Assembly (NCBI GenBank): GCA_964428705.1
Contig: CAYRYM010000001.1
Span: 1-47,872, forward strand
From: an uncultured Candidatus Saccharibacteria bacterium
GTDB lineage: Bacteria; Patescibacteriota; Minisyncoccia; Phycocordibacterales; SBAW01
Direction of reading: 5' to 3'
DNA length: 47,872 nt
Positions 8,866-18,576 of this stretch are shown in pieces. The notes beneath the pieces were generated by a model that made no database searches, was not told the DNA's origin, and saw only the letters and a program-made list of their open reading frames with translations. Each line of letters opens with the position of its first letter. The first letter of the stretch is position 1. The translations under genes and the position numbers were made by a program.

Positions 8866-10035
8866 TTATGAAATACCCAGCGCGTCCAGATACTGCGGGA
8901 TGATAACCTGTTCGTCAAACGCCAGTGAGCGCTCGCGTGCGGCCGCAGCGTAGTGCGCATGTTTGCGATCGTCGGTTAAAAGAGCGGCAAGCGCCTCGGT
9001 AAGCTCTTGTTCACCGTTGACCGGCACCAGAGCCCCATAGCGCGTCCACTCAACTCCCTCTTTGATGCGCAAGAAAGGATCGGACTCGGGAGCAAGAATC
9101 TCGCGCGGACCCGAGTCGCAATCAGCGGCAATTGCGGGGACACAGCATATCAGGGCCTCGATAAGCGCGTTGGGCAGACCCTCCCAGAGTGAGGACAGCA
9201 CGTAGACATCGGCTTTGGCAACATAGGCGTGCGGATTGTCCTGATAACCGGCAAAGTAGACACGCTCGGTAATACCCAAGTCTTGCGCGAGCGCCTCAAG
9301 CCGCTCGGCTTCCCTGCCTTGGCCCACCAATACGAGGCGGCTTGGCACTATACTTTGCAACTGCGCAAACGCACGCAAGAGCATGGGCAAGTTCTTTTGT
9401 TCGCGTAGACGACCAAACCAAGCAATTACTCTATCGGTACGCCCATTTGCAAGCCATGGATGCTGGATCGGCAATGCAGCAGCTCGGCGTATCTCGTCCA
9501 AGTCTTTGGGGTTAAATATGACCCTGATGCGCTCTTGGGGGACACCGCAAACCTTTGACACATCGCGCGCAACCCCTTGCGAGTTGGCGATGATGGCGTC
9601 GGCACGCTTATAGAGCCAGCGCACCAGAAACGAGGTGAGCAGGCGCTTCGTCTGATAGCGCTTGGACAGCTCGGAGAGCATGTTTCCGATGCGCAAAACG
9701 ATGCGCACCCGGACCCCGCTTAGCATGCGGGCCAAGAGTGCCAGCACCTGCGTATACTCGTCGAGCGCCATAAGCACGCCGGGCCGCTCGCGACGCATAT
9801 ACGAGATGAGAGGAAAGAGCGAAAACGCCATGCGGCCGCGGTCCAACGATATCACCCGTATCTTTTGGCTTACGCGCGACTCATACGGCCCCACGGGCTT
9901 GAGCACCAGCAGATCCACCATGTGCCCGCGCGCGGCGACGGCGTTTGCAATATCAATCACCTGCTTCTCTCCGCCGCCGGCGCGGTATGAAGATATGAAG
10001 AAAACCACCCTATGACTTAAAGAGTGATCTGGCAT
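8866..10035 (-). CDS. GT4 family glycosyltransferase
   Basis: VVFFISSYRAGGGEKQVIDIANAVAARGH at the N-terminus and SSLWEGLPNALIEALICCVPAIAADCDSGPREIL (EX7E) at the C-terminus. First ATG at 10035 (the listed start 10104 is TTG). Confidence 0.8.
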   Translation of the reverse strand: MPDHSLSHRVVFFISSYRAGGGEKQVIDIANAVAARGHMVDLLVLKPVGPYESRVSQKIRVISLDRGRMAFSLFPLISYMRRERPGVLMALDEYTQVLALLARMLSGVRVRIVLRIGNMLSELSKRYQTKRLLTSFLVRWLYKRADAIIANSQGVARDVSKVCGVPQERIRVIFNPKDLDEIRRAAALPIQHPWLANGRTDRVIAWFGRLREQKNLPMLLRAFAQLQSIVPSRLVLVGQGREAERLEALAQDLGITERVYFAGYQDNPHAYVAKADVYVLSSLWEGLPNALIEALICCVPAIAADCDSGPREILAPESDPFLRIKEGVEWTRYGALVPVNGEQELTEALAALLTDDRKHAHYAAAARERSLAFDEQVIIPQYLDALGIS

Positions 10036-10873
10036 AGGATTGTTGAACTCGACGCAGCCCCTTAAGTACCAGCCTCTTATCGGCTTTCTGTATGGAACTG
10101 ACAAATCCCCTCTCGCCCTCTATGCAGTAGTCGCTTACACGATAGGTATTTGAGAGAGATTTGATCTTTGAAGCGTACCCATGCTTGTCAAGGAAGTGCC
10201 GGAACGGAAGAGCGGTCATGTTCCAATTATTGAGAGATTTGAACGATTCAGGAGAACTAAATTCACCCTCCCGGCTAAGAGTAACGCCGGTCATGTCAAA
10301 TTTGCCGCCCATTTGCCCGAAGAGCTCTGTTTTTATAAATTCAAAAGAGCCGCGGATGTTGAGGGCGCGCCCCAGTATGCGCACTTTGACAAATTCACGC
10401 CAATTCTCTGCACTACCGGACGCGTTGGTAAGTATTACCCACGGCAGTTCGCCTTGTAGATTGTCCGTAAAAAGCCGATCGTTAAGCAGGAGATTATCGT
10501 CGTGAGTCATCAGGAGCATGTCGTAGTCCCGGTAGTCATGGCGCTCGAGCCACTGGTTTACATTGCCGTAGTCTCCTACTGTGTTTGGGCACAGTTCATA
10601 GGTCCAGCCAAGCTTCTCAATATCTTCGACCGATGCCACATCCTTGTACAGTACTTGGTCGAGCACCTCCGGGTAGCTCCAGCCGATGCGCGCAAGTCTC
10701 TCTTTTTTTTCTCCCACAGAGTAGCTGGGATCTCTGTGGGAAATGCAGAAAAGGTCCACGGTCCAGCCGTCCGGAACCTTTTGTGCGGCCATGGCTTTAA
10801 AAAAATGGAGAGGGAAATGCCATCCGCTGGCAACAACTGCAAGTCTTTTAGGTGACGTAGGAGTGTTTTCCAT
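10010..10873 (-). CDS. hypothetical protein, possible uncharacterised sugar-modifying enzyme
   Basis: 287-aa ORF with an ATG start. I recognise no family. It has a DxD-like MLLMTHDDNLLL segment. It is embedded between glycosyltransferase and methyltransferase genes in visibly A/T-richer DNA. Confidence 0.55.
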   Translation of the reverse strand: MENTPTSPKRLAVVASGWHFPLHFFKAMAAQKVPDGWTVDLFCISHRDPSYSVGEKKERLARIGWSYPEVLDQVLYKDVASVEDIEKLGWTYELCPNTVGDYGNVNQWLERHDYRDYDMLLMTHDDNLLLNDRLFTDNLQGELPWVILTNASGSAENWREFVKVRILGRALNIRGSFEFIKTELFGQMGGKFDMTGVTLSREGEFSSPESFKSLNNWNMTALPFRHFLDKHGYASKIKSLSNTYRVSDYCIEGERGFVSSIQKADKRLVLKGLRRVQQSYARSLFKS

Positions 10874-10895
10874 GCAAGTATTAAGACGCTTAAGG

Positions 10896-11516
10896 TCAGC
10901 CCATTATAAGCGGAATGTGGTGATACTCAAACTTGTCAGAGGGGTAGGTTTGCCGCATGTAGTCGCAGACATGCTTCCAATCCCATACTATTACCTTTTT
11001 CTTAGTTATCTGGTCCGCGTGCCTCATTGCTCTCTCCATACTCTCCTTATCGTCGATAAAGTACATAAATACAGCCCAAGCGTAAGAAACATCCCAGGCG
11101 TCCTTGTGTTCCTCTATCCATCCCGCGGGCGGATTGACCAGATCGAGCTGGAAGACCTTGTCACGCAGATCAGGCCTCACCTGTTGCAACAAATCATCAG
11201 CAACATCGCATCCTTGGATATTAAAATGTTTGGTCATATCTTCGAGGAATCGACCGTACCCGCAGCCGATATCTAAAACGCTCTCAGGCTCATAGGCGGC
11301 AACCTGCCTGTGAAGTCCCTCAGGGGTCGGGAAAAATCTCTGCAGCGTGACACTCTGCCTTTCCTTAAGGGTGTCCCTCTGCCCGCGTCCCATCTCATCA
11401 ATCCAGTGTTTTTTATATCCGGAACGGTGACGCGGCAACCTCTTATAGGCCCATTTTCTCGTGGGAGGAAACTCATATAAAGCACTAAGTGCAAGCAGTC
11501 GAAGTTTGCGGTACAT
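10896..11516 (-). CDS. class I SAM-dependent methyltransferase
   Basis: VLDIGCGYGRFLEDMTKHFNIQGCDVADDLL (motif I plus the acidic residue of motif II). 206 aa. Confidence 0.7.
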   Translation of the reverse strand: MYRKLRLLALSALYEFPPTRKWAYKRLPRHRSGYKKHWIDEMGRGQRDTLKERQSVTLQRFFPTPEGLHRQVAAYEPESVLDIGCGYGRFLEDMTKHFNIQGCDVADDLLQQVRPDLRDKVFQLDLVNPPAGWIEEHKDAWDVSYAWAVFMYFIDDKESMERAMRHADQITKKKVIVWDWKHVCDYMRQTYPSDKFEYHHIPLIMG

Positions 11517-11528
11517 GATGCAAATGAG

Positions 11529-12578
11529 TTAGCTGGCTTCAAACTGGCGGATAAGCGAGCAGATGTGCCGCACGTCCCCCACTGACATGCCATGATGAAG
11601 CGGGAGGAACAGATACTGGCTCTCGAGCGCATCCATGGTCGGGAGCGCCTGCCTGCCGCCAAAGACGGAGTACTTGTCGTTCCTATAATGATGCGTACCT
11701 GCCGATATCCCATGCTCCCTCAGAAAAGCTTGGAGCTCCGCTCTTTTTTCTGAGTAGGTTATAGCAAACCACATGTGCGCCGCTACCCCATGCCGGGCGT
11801 ACTCCGCCACAAGGCGCCTGCGGTGCGCCACGAGCCTGTCTAGCGACCGCAAGTTGCCCCTGCCTATGGCTGCGGTAACGTCGCTCATGTGGTACTTGTA
11901 GCCGGCCTCGGCAATATCGGAGTCTCCGGTTTTTTGCTGTAGTTCCCGGTCGTACCCAAACCACCGCAGCCTCTTGCCCTTCTCGTGGAGGAGATCATCC
12001 TTGGTAATCAGGAAGCCCCCATCTCCTGAGGTCAGGATCTTTATAGCCTGCAGGGAGATGCAGACAAAATCTCCCTTGCCCCAATACTCAGAGCCTACCG
12101 CCTGTGCCGCATCCTCTATGAGAGGCACTCCCTTGTTGCGGGCAATTTCTTGAAGTTCCTTAAGCCCCCGATTGTTGCCGCCAAAATGCACAAACACGAT
12201 CGCTTTGGTCTTTGGCGTTATCTTGCGCACAACATCCTCGACACTCACGTTCATGTCGCGCTCAATATCCGCGAATACGGCGCGTGCGCCCCGGTGCAGT
12301 ATGGGCAGATTGGTCGCCGGAGCGGTAATAACCGGCGTGATTACCTCATCACCGGGACCAACTCCGGCAAGCTCGTACGCCAGCTCGAGCGCCGAGGTGC
12401 CGGAATTAAGCGCCGCAACGTTCTTAAAGCCGAATTTGTCTGCAAACTCCCGCTCTAATGCCTTGGCCTGCGGCCCTTCGCTAAGATACGCACCGTAGTT
12501 GGAGCGCAGCAACAGCGACCCGACATTCCAAACAGAGCGGAGCGAGACATAAGACTTAAATAGCTTTATATTCCTCAT
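11529..12578 (-). CDS. DegT/DnrJ/EryC1/StrS family PLP-dependent sugar aminotransferase
   Basis: GPQAKALEREFADKFGFKNVAALNSGTSALELAY...GDEVITP, and the Lys region ISLQAIKILTSGDGGFLI. Typical length of 349 aa. Confidence 0.85.
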   Translation of the reverse strand: MRNIKLFKSYVSLRSVWNVGSLLLRSNYGAYLSEGPQAKALEREFADKFGFKNVAALNSGTSALELAYELAGVGPGDEVITPVITAPATNLPILHRGARAVFADIERDMNVSVEDVVRKITPKTKAIVFVHFGGNNRGLKELQEIARNKGVPLIEDAAQAVGSEYWGKGDFVCISLQAIKILTSGDGGFLITKDDLLHEKGKRLRWFGYDRELQQKTGDSDIAEAGYKYHMSDVTAAIGRGNLRSLDRLVAHRRRLVAEYARHGVAAHMWFAITYSEKRAELQAFLREHGISAGTHHYRNDKYSVFGGRQALPTMDALESQYLFLPLHHGMSVGDVRHICSLIRQFEAS

Positions 12579-12585
12579 CGGGCGC

Positions 12586-13851
12586 TTAGTCGACTATCTT
12601 GAATTTCGGGAGAGGAATGATAAATTTTGACTTAAGGCCCTTTGCGCGCCAATTTTTAATGATGAAATCAGCATAGTGCCAGGCAAGAATCACTATATAG
12701 TCGGGTTTGTCTTTCAGGATTATCTCGTTGCTTACAATCGGCGTATGGGTACCCGGCACAAACTTGCCGTTTTTTTCCGCACCCGGCAGATTGGAGATGT
12801 ACGGCACAAGCGACGTATCCAAGCCGTAATAATTCATCAAGACTACTCCCCTTGTCGGAGCAGAATCGGCAACGAATAACTTGCCTTCCTTGCGGGCCTT
12901 GTGCGCCAGGTCAAGAAGCTGCATTCTCGCCTTCTCTACTCCCGCTCTAAATTTTGCCCAGCCCTCTTTCTTAAAGAGGCCTGCGTCCTCCTCTGCCTTA
13001 ACCAGCGCTTTAACCGCAGGACTAATCTTGTGCGCACCTTTCCAGCCAGCGTATATGCGGATGCTACCCTCGCGCCCGGTCGTGCGCTTGGCGTCAAACA
13101 CTTCCATGCCGTAATAGGGGAAGAGCTTTACCAGCGACTTGAGGCTGTAGATACGCACATGGTCGTGGTATGCCTGGTCGAACTGGTGGCCCTCAAACAC
13201 ATCGAGAAGATACTGGCTTTCGGTAACCACTGCTCCGTCTTTATCCAAAAGGCGGCTGATGCCCCGCATCACTTCGCCCAGAGCTGCAATGTGCGCAAAC
13301 ACGTTGGTAAAGGTCACCACCTTTGCCTTGCCGTACTTTTTAGCGACTTCTTTGGCGACTGCCTCGTTGAAGAATTTCTGGGTAGTCTTGATGCCAAGTT
13401 CTTTGGACGCAACCTTGGCCATATTGGTCGGCTCAATGCCGTGCACCTGCATACCCTGCTCCCTAAAGAACGAGAGTAGCGTACCGTCGTTCGATCCCAC
13501 ATCAATACATAGCGACTTTTGCGGCAACTCTAGCATGGACACTATCTCCCCAGCCAACCTGCCTAGGTGCTCCTTGAGAGGCGGTGTGATGCCCGGACGA
13601 TAGGAATATTCGATAGGAAAGAGAAGCTTAGGATCTACTACATAATCGAGCTGCCCTAAACCCGACTCAGGACAGACCATGAGTCGTAGTGGGTAGTGCG
13701 TTTCCGGCTCTCGCAGAGTTTCTGCGGTAAGAAGCGCGCTGCATGGCGGCTGATGGCCGAGGTTTATGGCCTCAAAGAGGTTGCGCGATCCGGTAATCTG
13801 GCAATGATCCAGGCGCCCAAGCTTTGCGTCGTGGTGAGCGATTTTTTTCAT
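12586..13851 (-). CDS. NDP-hexose C-methyltransferase (TylC3-like, Zn-ribbon + SAM-MT + C-terminal domain)
   Basis: N-terminal CQITGSRNLFEAINLGHQPPCSALL...YPLRLMVCPESGLGQLDYVVDPKLLF. SAM motif CIDVGSNDGTLL. 421 aa, matching the three-domain sugar C-methyltransferase architecture. Confidence 0.8.
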   Translation of the reverse strand: MKKIAHHDAKLGRLDHCQITGSRNLFEAINLGHQPPCSALLTAETLREPETHYPLRLMVCPESGLGQLDYVVDPKLLFPIEYSYRPGITPPLKEHLGRLAGEIVSMLELPQKSLCIDVGSNDGTLLSFFREQGMQVHGIEPTNMAKVASKELGIKTTQKFFNEAVAKEVAKKYGKAKVVTFTNVFAHIAALGEVMRGISRLLDKDGAVVTESQYLLDVFEGHQFDQAYHDHVRIYSLKSLVKLFPYYGMEVFDAKRTTGREGSIRIYAGWKGAHKISPAVKALVKAEEDAGLFKKEGWAKFRAGVEKARMQLLDLAHKARKEGKLFVADSAPTRGVVLMNYYGLDTSLVPYISNLPGAEKNGKFVPGTHTPIVSNEIILKDKPDYIVILAWHYADFIIKNWRAKGLKSKFIIPLPKFKIVD

Positions 13852-13980
13852 AATTATATACCTGTTACTCTACAGGAAATAGTAAAATCGTGCACCACCA
13901 TGAAGGCGCGCAAAGCGCGTATTGACTTTAACCTACATATATACCAAGGTTATTATGTTTAACCCGATCAAGTAACACTC

Positions 13981-14364
13981 ATGAACAAAGGCATGCAGAT
14001 ATGGAAAGGCCCTGAGGGCCGCGTTGTCCGATACGACGAGCACGGGGCCGCGCAAGCGCACCGAAACTGGATATTTGGATCGTTCATCACGCTGCCCGAC
14101 GGGGAGCCGCTCACGCAATCCTTTGAGGTCAAGAAAGGGTTCGCCAAAGCCGGCACCTCCAGAGACGAGTGGTCTGCCGATCCGGCAGGAGAGTGCTTTG
14201 AGATAATACTGTCAGGAAAGTTGCGTAAATTTTTCAAGCTCGACGGCAAGGAGCAGACGATCGACACAGGCCCGGGCGACGCGATAACCTGGCACAATAC
14301 CGTACCCCACCGCTGGCTTGCGCTTGAGGATACCGAGTATGTAGTCGTCCGGACCTTACGCTAA
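13981..14364 (+). CDS. cupin-fold protein (possible sugar keto-isomerase/epimerase)
   Basis: 127 aa. GECFEIILSGKLRKFFKLDGKEQTIDTGPGDAITWHNTVPHRW has a cupin-like beta-barrel pattern. It is the only plus-strand gene inside the deoxysugar module. Confidence 0.5.
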   Translation: MNKGMQIWKGPEGRVVRYDEHGAAQAHRNWIFGSFITLPDGEPLTQSFEVKKGFAKAGTSRDEWSADPAGECFEIILSGKLRKFFKLDGKEQTIDTGPGDAITWHNTVPHRWLALEDTEYVVVRTLR

Positions 14365-14366
14365 CT

Positions 14367-14933
14367 TTATAAACTAAAGAGGTCGGACTCCGGCCGGGCA
14401 AGCCAGTCAGCAAGCGAGGGTGAGTGGCGGTTCTTTTCTGAGACCAGCGGCAATTCCTTAATCGGCCAGTCAATATGTATTGCAGGGTCATCCCAGGCGA
14501 TCTCGCCCTGCGCAGCGGGATTATAAAGCGCCGAGCATTTGTATTGCACTTCGCAATCGTCCGTTAAGGTTTGGAAGCCGCGCGCAAACGACGCCGGAGC
14601 GTAAAGCTGAAGCTTGTTGCCCTCGCTCGCCTCGACCCCAAACCACTTTCCCAGCGTTGGAGAATTTTTGCGCAAGTCCACAGCCACCAAGAAAGCGCTC
14701 CCGCGCGTTACGCGCATAAGCTTGACCATTGGTTTTTCCCACTGAAAGTGGAGTCCTCGCACGGTGTTGCGCTTTGCCGAGCGGGAGTGATTGTCCTGTA
14801 TAAAGACATCCGCAATTCCTGCGGCCGCAAGCTCGTCGGCGCGGTACGTTTCCATAAAGAAGCCGCGCTCATCCTCGTGTACGTCAGGCTCTATCACATA
14901 GACCCCATCAAGCGTCGTGTTTTTAATCTTCAT
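14367..14933 (-). CDS. rfbC: dTDP-4-dehydrorhamnose 3,5-epimerase
   Basis: MKIKNTTLDGVYVIEPDVHEDERGFFMETY...DNHSRSAKRNTVRGLHFQ is the classic RmlC signature. ATG 14933 overlaps the upstream stop by 11 nt. Confidence 0.85.
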   Translation of the reverse strand: MKIKNTTLDGVYVIEPDVHEDERGFFMETYRADELAAAGIADVFIQDNHSRSAKRNTVRGLHFQWEKPMVKLMRVTRGSAFLVAVDLRKNSPTLGKWFGVEASEGNKLQLYAPASFARGFQTLTDDCEVQYKCSALYNPAAQGEIAWDDPAIHIDWPIKELPLVSEKNRHSPSLADWLARPESDLFSL

Positions 14934-15831
14934 GGAGGTATTCCTGCAGACCCTTGTCAAAGGAGTAGGTCTCTTGCCAACCAAGCTCGTTGCGTATGCG
15001 GCCTGCGTCCATCTGGTACTTAAGGTCCATGCCCGGGCGCTCGGCGGGTATCGTAGGGACTTTTTTGCCCGTTACGCTCTCTGCCCGCTCGATAAGCTCG
15101 CGCACGGTAAAGCCGTCATTGAGAGTGAGGTTGTATACGCCCTCGCCTTTTTCCAACATGAGCTCTACAGCGGGCGGAATATTCTTAACGTAAATGTATT
15201 CGCGGTAGCCCTTTCCTTCATTATGTACGGCAAGCGCCGCTCCGCCGCTAAGCGAGCGCTTGATGGCTGAGATGACCTTTCTGTCGTCTTGGCGCGGCCC
15301 AAACACATTGCAAAAGCGGCTCTCGACTATTTTGCCGCGCAGGTTGGGGAAGGTGTTTTCATACGCAATATGCATGAGTGAGCCCGCAGCCTTGGACGAC
15401 GAATACGGGTTCTTGGGGTACAGTTTGTCGTCCTCTTTCTTCTTGTATTCGCACTCGCCGTACACCTCATCTGTCGAGACATATAAAAATTTTTGGAGAT
15501 TAGGCAAAAGGCGCGCCGCCTCAAACAGGTTGGCATTGCCTACTATGTTCTTTTCGTGGACACGAAGGGGTTTGCGGGTCGAGTCGTCCACATCGCTTAT
15601 GGCCGCGGCGTGTATAAGATAATCCGGATTCTCTTTTGCAATTATCTCAAATACCTCCGGACGGCACACGTCGAGCTTGTAGTTCTTAAACGTGCCGTCG
15701 ATAATCTCAGGATGACAGCCTGAGGACTGCTTGTCTATGACGACGACCTCCCACCCTTTTTGCACGAAATACTGGGTGACATGCGAGAAAATGAACCCCA
15801 AACCTCCGGTAATTAGAACTTTTTTAGCCAT
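14923..15831 (-). CDS. rfbB: dTDP-glucose 4,6-dehydratase-like extended SDR
   Basis: MAKKVLITGGLGFIFSH (GxxGxxG), YVSTDEVYGE, YSSSKAAGSLM (YxxxK), CNVFGPRQ. ATG at 15831. Confidence 0.75.
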   Translation of the reverse strand: MAKKVLITGGLGFIFSHVTQYFVQKGWEVVVIDKQSSGCHPEIIDGTFKNYKLDVCRPEVFEIIAKENPDYLIHAAAISDVDDSTRKPLRVHEKNIVGNANLFEAARLLPNLQKFLYVSTDEVYGECEYKKKEDDKLYPKNPYSSSKAAGSLMHIAYENTFPNLRGKIVESRFCNVFGPRQDDRKVISAIKRSLSGGAALAVHNEGKGYREYIYVKNIPPAVELMLEKGEGVYNLTLNDGFTVRELIERAESVTGKKVPTIPAERPGMDLKYQMDAGRIRNELGWQETYSFDKGLQEYLHED

Positions 15832-15847
15832 GTTTTGTTTCGTTATA

Positions 15848-16948
15848 TTACAGTAAGTCTTGCGTAAGAGCACCTTTAAGCTCACGTAGTGTGCCGAGCA
15901 TGCTCTGCACCGACTTATCCCATGTAAATTCAGCCGCGCGGACCCTCCCCTTACGTATAAGCTCTTCTCTCAAAGAGGGGTCCGTGCATAGCTGTCGCAT
16001 GGCAGACGCGATATCCTCCGGACTATAGGGGTCAACCAGGAGTGCCGCGCCGCCCGCCACTTCCTTAAGCGCACCCTCACTCGAGGTTATTGCCGGGCAC
16101 CCCCAGTGCATGGCCTCGATAACAGGGAAGCCAAAGCCCTCGTAAAGGGTGGGGAATACGAGCGCAGCAGCGTGCTGGTAAAGGTATGCCACCTCCGCAT
16201 CAGACACACGGCCGACAAACTGTACCTGTTTGTCTGTGCACGCCTCTTTGGCAATTGATACAAGCGAGTCGTAGTACGGGCCGCTTGGTTTGCCCGTGAG
16301 CACGAGCGCGTAGGCGCTCTCGCCTTTTGCAAACGCCGCAAACCCCTTAATAATGCGCCCGACGTTTTTGCGCGGCTTAAGAGAGCCTACGTATAAAAAG
16401 TATGGCTCGGCCACAACTACCGGCGCGGGCGCAACAGTAGGTGGCGTAAAGCCGAGGTACATAACCTTAACGCGCTCCGGCGCAATGCCAAAGTGTTTTA
16501 CCACGTCGTCTTTTGTAGCCTGCGATATCGCAAGGACAACACTCGCCTTTTTGAGCGATGTCTTATGCATAAAAAAGAGTACCGGGCGAAGGGCGCGTCG
16601 CCAGATGCCCGCAGGAGGGAGCGCCAGATAGGCAAAGTCGTGTGCAAAAAGTATCGAGCGCTTAGGGCGAAAGAAAAGCGGTATAACAGGGGAAAAAAAG
16701 ATGTATATGTCGTGCGACCCAAGTTTGAGTGCGCCGGTAATCCAAAACGATGCATTGCCCAAGAACCCGTACGAAACCTTTGCGGCGCCGCTTGAAAACC
16801 GCACGTCTCGGGGGGCTCCTTTGAGATAGCAGGTAAACGAGTCGTCCGGGCAGCCGTGCATAATCCCCTCCACAAACGGAGAGAATTTGCCGGGAGAGCC
16901 GCCGAGTGTTGGGTCGCCATAGGGATGTAGCACCAAGCCTATATTCAT
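15848..16948 (-). CDS. GT4 family glycosyltransferase
   Basis: VFPTLYEGFGFPVIEAMHWGCPAITSSEGALKEVAG (EX7E motif). 366 aa. Confidence 0.8.
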   Translation of the reverse strand: MNIGLVLHPYGDPTLGGSPGKFSPFVEGIMHGCPDDSFTCYLKGAPRDVRFSSGAAKVSYGFLGNASFWITGALKLGSHDIYIFFSPVIPLFFRPKRSILFAHDFAYLALPPAGIWRRALRPVLFFMHKTSLKKASVVLAISQATKDDVVKHFGIAPERVKVMYLGFTPPTVAPAPVVVAEPYFLYVGSLKPRKNVGRIIKGFAAFAKGESAYALVLTGKPSGPYYDSLVSIAKEACTDKQVQFVGRVSDAEVAYLYQHAAALVFPTLYEGFGFPVIEAMHWGCPAITSSEGALKEVAGGAALLVDPYSPEDIASAMRQLCTDPSLREELIRKGRVRAAEFTWDKSVQSMLGTLRELKGALTQDLL

Positions 16949-17592
16949 ACCTTTGGGGTTGTGGCGACAAAGCTCAGGTTAAATGCAAATAGGTTAGGGG
17001 AGAATGCGGCCATCTTTTTATAGCGGCCAAGCCCCTGCACCTCTACAGACTCAAAATGTTTAGACAAAAGAGCGTGGAGTTCTGCAGCACTAAAGTGGTT
17101 GATATGTGTCGGGTCCTCAAGCGGCGTGTGTGCCCTGCTGCCCGACAAATAGCGGAGCCTGTTTTTAAGACTAAAGGCATTAGGCACCGAGCCCACAAAC
17201 ATACCGCCCGGCTTAAGATGCCTGGCCACATGTGCCACAACGCGGTCCGGATAAAACAGGTGCTCAAGCACCTCGCCCGCTACCACCACATCAAATGTCT
17301 CGCCCATAAGCTCATGCCAGTCGCCATGAGCGTCAAGCGCACGGGTGTCTATACCCAACGCCTCTTTGGCGCGCGCAAGGGCAACCTCATCTACATCCAC
17401 GCCCACAACTGTGTTGTCGCGGGCAAAGTATGCGGTAAGGGCGCCGTCGCGGCAGCCCATGTCGAGCACGCGCTTGCCCTTGCCTATTGCCGTAGCAAAA
17501 AAGCGCCCCCTGTCCTCCTTAAGGATACTAAACCCTTGCGGGCGGCTGGAGCCATGATGCTCCTCGTATAAGTCTTTGGTGCCAACCCCCAT
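16945..17592 (-). CDS. class I SAM-dependent methyltransferase
   Basis: RVLDMGCRDGALTAYFA...VVVAGEVLEHLFYPDRVVAHVARHLKPGGMFVGSVPN. ATGA overlap with the downstream gene and TAATG overlap with the upstream gene. Confidence 0.8.
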   Translation of the reverse strand: MGVGTKDLYEEHHGSSRPQGFSILKEDRGRFFATAIGKGKRVLDMGCRDGALTAYFARDNTVVGVDVDEVALARAKEALGIDTRALDAHGDWHELMGETFDVVVAGEVLEHLFYPDRVVAHVARHLKPGGMFVGSVPNAFSLKNRLRYLSGSRAHTPLEDPTHINHFSAAELHALLSKHFESVEVQGLGRYKKMAAFSPNLFAFNLSFVATTPKV

Positions 17593-18575
17593 TACTGAGT
17601 CATTATCTCACGAAGTCGCCCCGCGAGCACACTCAGGCTATGGCTCTCAACAATGGGCCGCAGCGTGGCCTCGGGCCGCGCCAGCATTACTTTGAGCTTC
17701 TCTGCCAGGTCGGCCTCGTCCTTAAAGTAGTACTCCTCGCCGGCCAGCTTGCGCCAATCGTCGCTCATGGCCAAAGACTGACAGCCGGAGGCGGCAGCCT
17801 CAAAGATTGTCTTGTCATACATACCTGAGGGCGAGCAATTTACAAACACCTGATGGGCACTATAAAGAGCGGGTGCCTGGTCGTTGGGTATACCTGCAAT
17901 AAATTGCACCCGACTCCCCAGCTCTTTGGCCGTCTCTTTAACACTCTCGTAGTAGCGCGCGTATTTAGGGAGAGGGGAGCCGACAAATGTTGCTGAATAC
18001 TGTATGCCCTCTTTTGTTAGCTGCTTAAGCGCGGCAACAAGCGTCTCCGGATACTTAGAGGGGGACATGCGTGCAAAAAACAATACTGAGCCGGGCGTAC
18101 GCTCGCCCGTTGGTTTAAATCTTTCTGTGTCGACACCTACCGGCATGAGCATCGTCTTCTTATACTTGGCAGTGTAGGAATGTGTGGACGTGCAGAAAAT
18201 AGTGCGGCACCACATGGCGGCAAAGTCGGTCACCACAGAGCCGGCAAAGTGGTTGCGCCACATGTACACCGGCTTGTGCAACAATACCCAAAGCCATCCG
18301 GCGCTCACTATAAACTCCTGGCCCTGATGCACAAACACGGCATCGTATTGGGCGCGTAGGCGCCAAGCCTCGCGCACCAGGCGCACGGCCCGCATAATGC
18401 GCGACTCGCCGAGCCACACCACCTGTACGTTTGGCGGCAGGCTGTAAGTACCCCTGCGCAAGCACAGCACCGTCACCTGCTCAAATTGTTTGGACAGTGC
18501 CTCTATCCATGTGAGAAAGAACCCCATAGTGGGATCATTTTGGTCGACCGCCTGGGCGCATATTAAAAGCCGCAT
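17592..18575 (-). CDS. glycosyltransferase (GT-B, GT4-like)
   Basis: MRLLICAQAVDQNDPTMGFFLTWIEALS at the N-terminus. The C-terminal FVNCSPSGMYDKTIFEAAASGCQSLAMSDD is a degenerate EX7E region. Confidence 0.7.
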   Translation of the reverse strand: MRLLICAQAVDQNDPTMGFFLTWIEALSKQFEQVTVLCLRRGTYSLPPNVQVVWLGESRIMRAVRLVREAWRLRAQYDAVFVHQGQEFIVSAGWLWVLLHKPVYMWRNHFAGSVVTDFAAMWCRTIFCTSTHSYTAKYKKTMLMPVGVDTERFKPTGERTPGSVLFFARMSPSKYPETLVAALKQLTKEGIQYSATFVGSPLPKYARYYESVKETAKELGSRVQFIAGIPNDQAPALYSAHQVFVNCSPSGMYDKTIFEAAASGCQSLAMSDDWRKLAGEEYYFKDEADLAEKLKVMLARPEATLRPIVESHSLSVLAGRLREIMTQ

Positions 18576-18576
18576 A

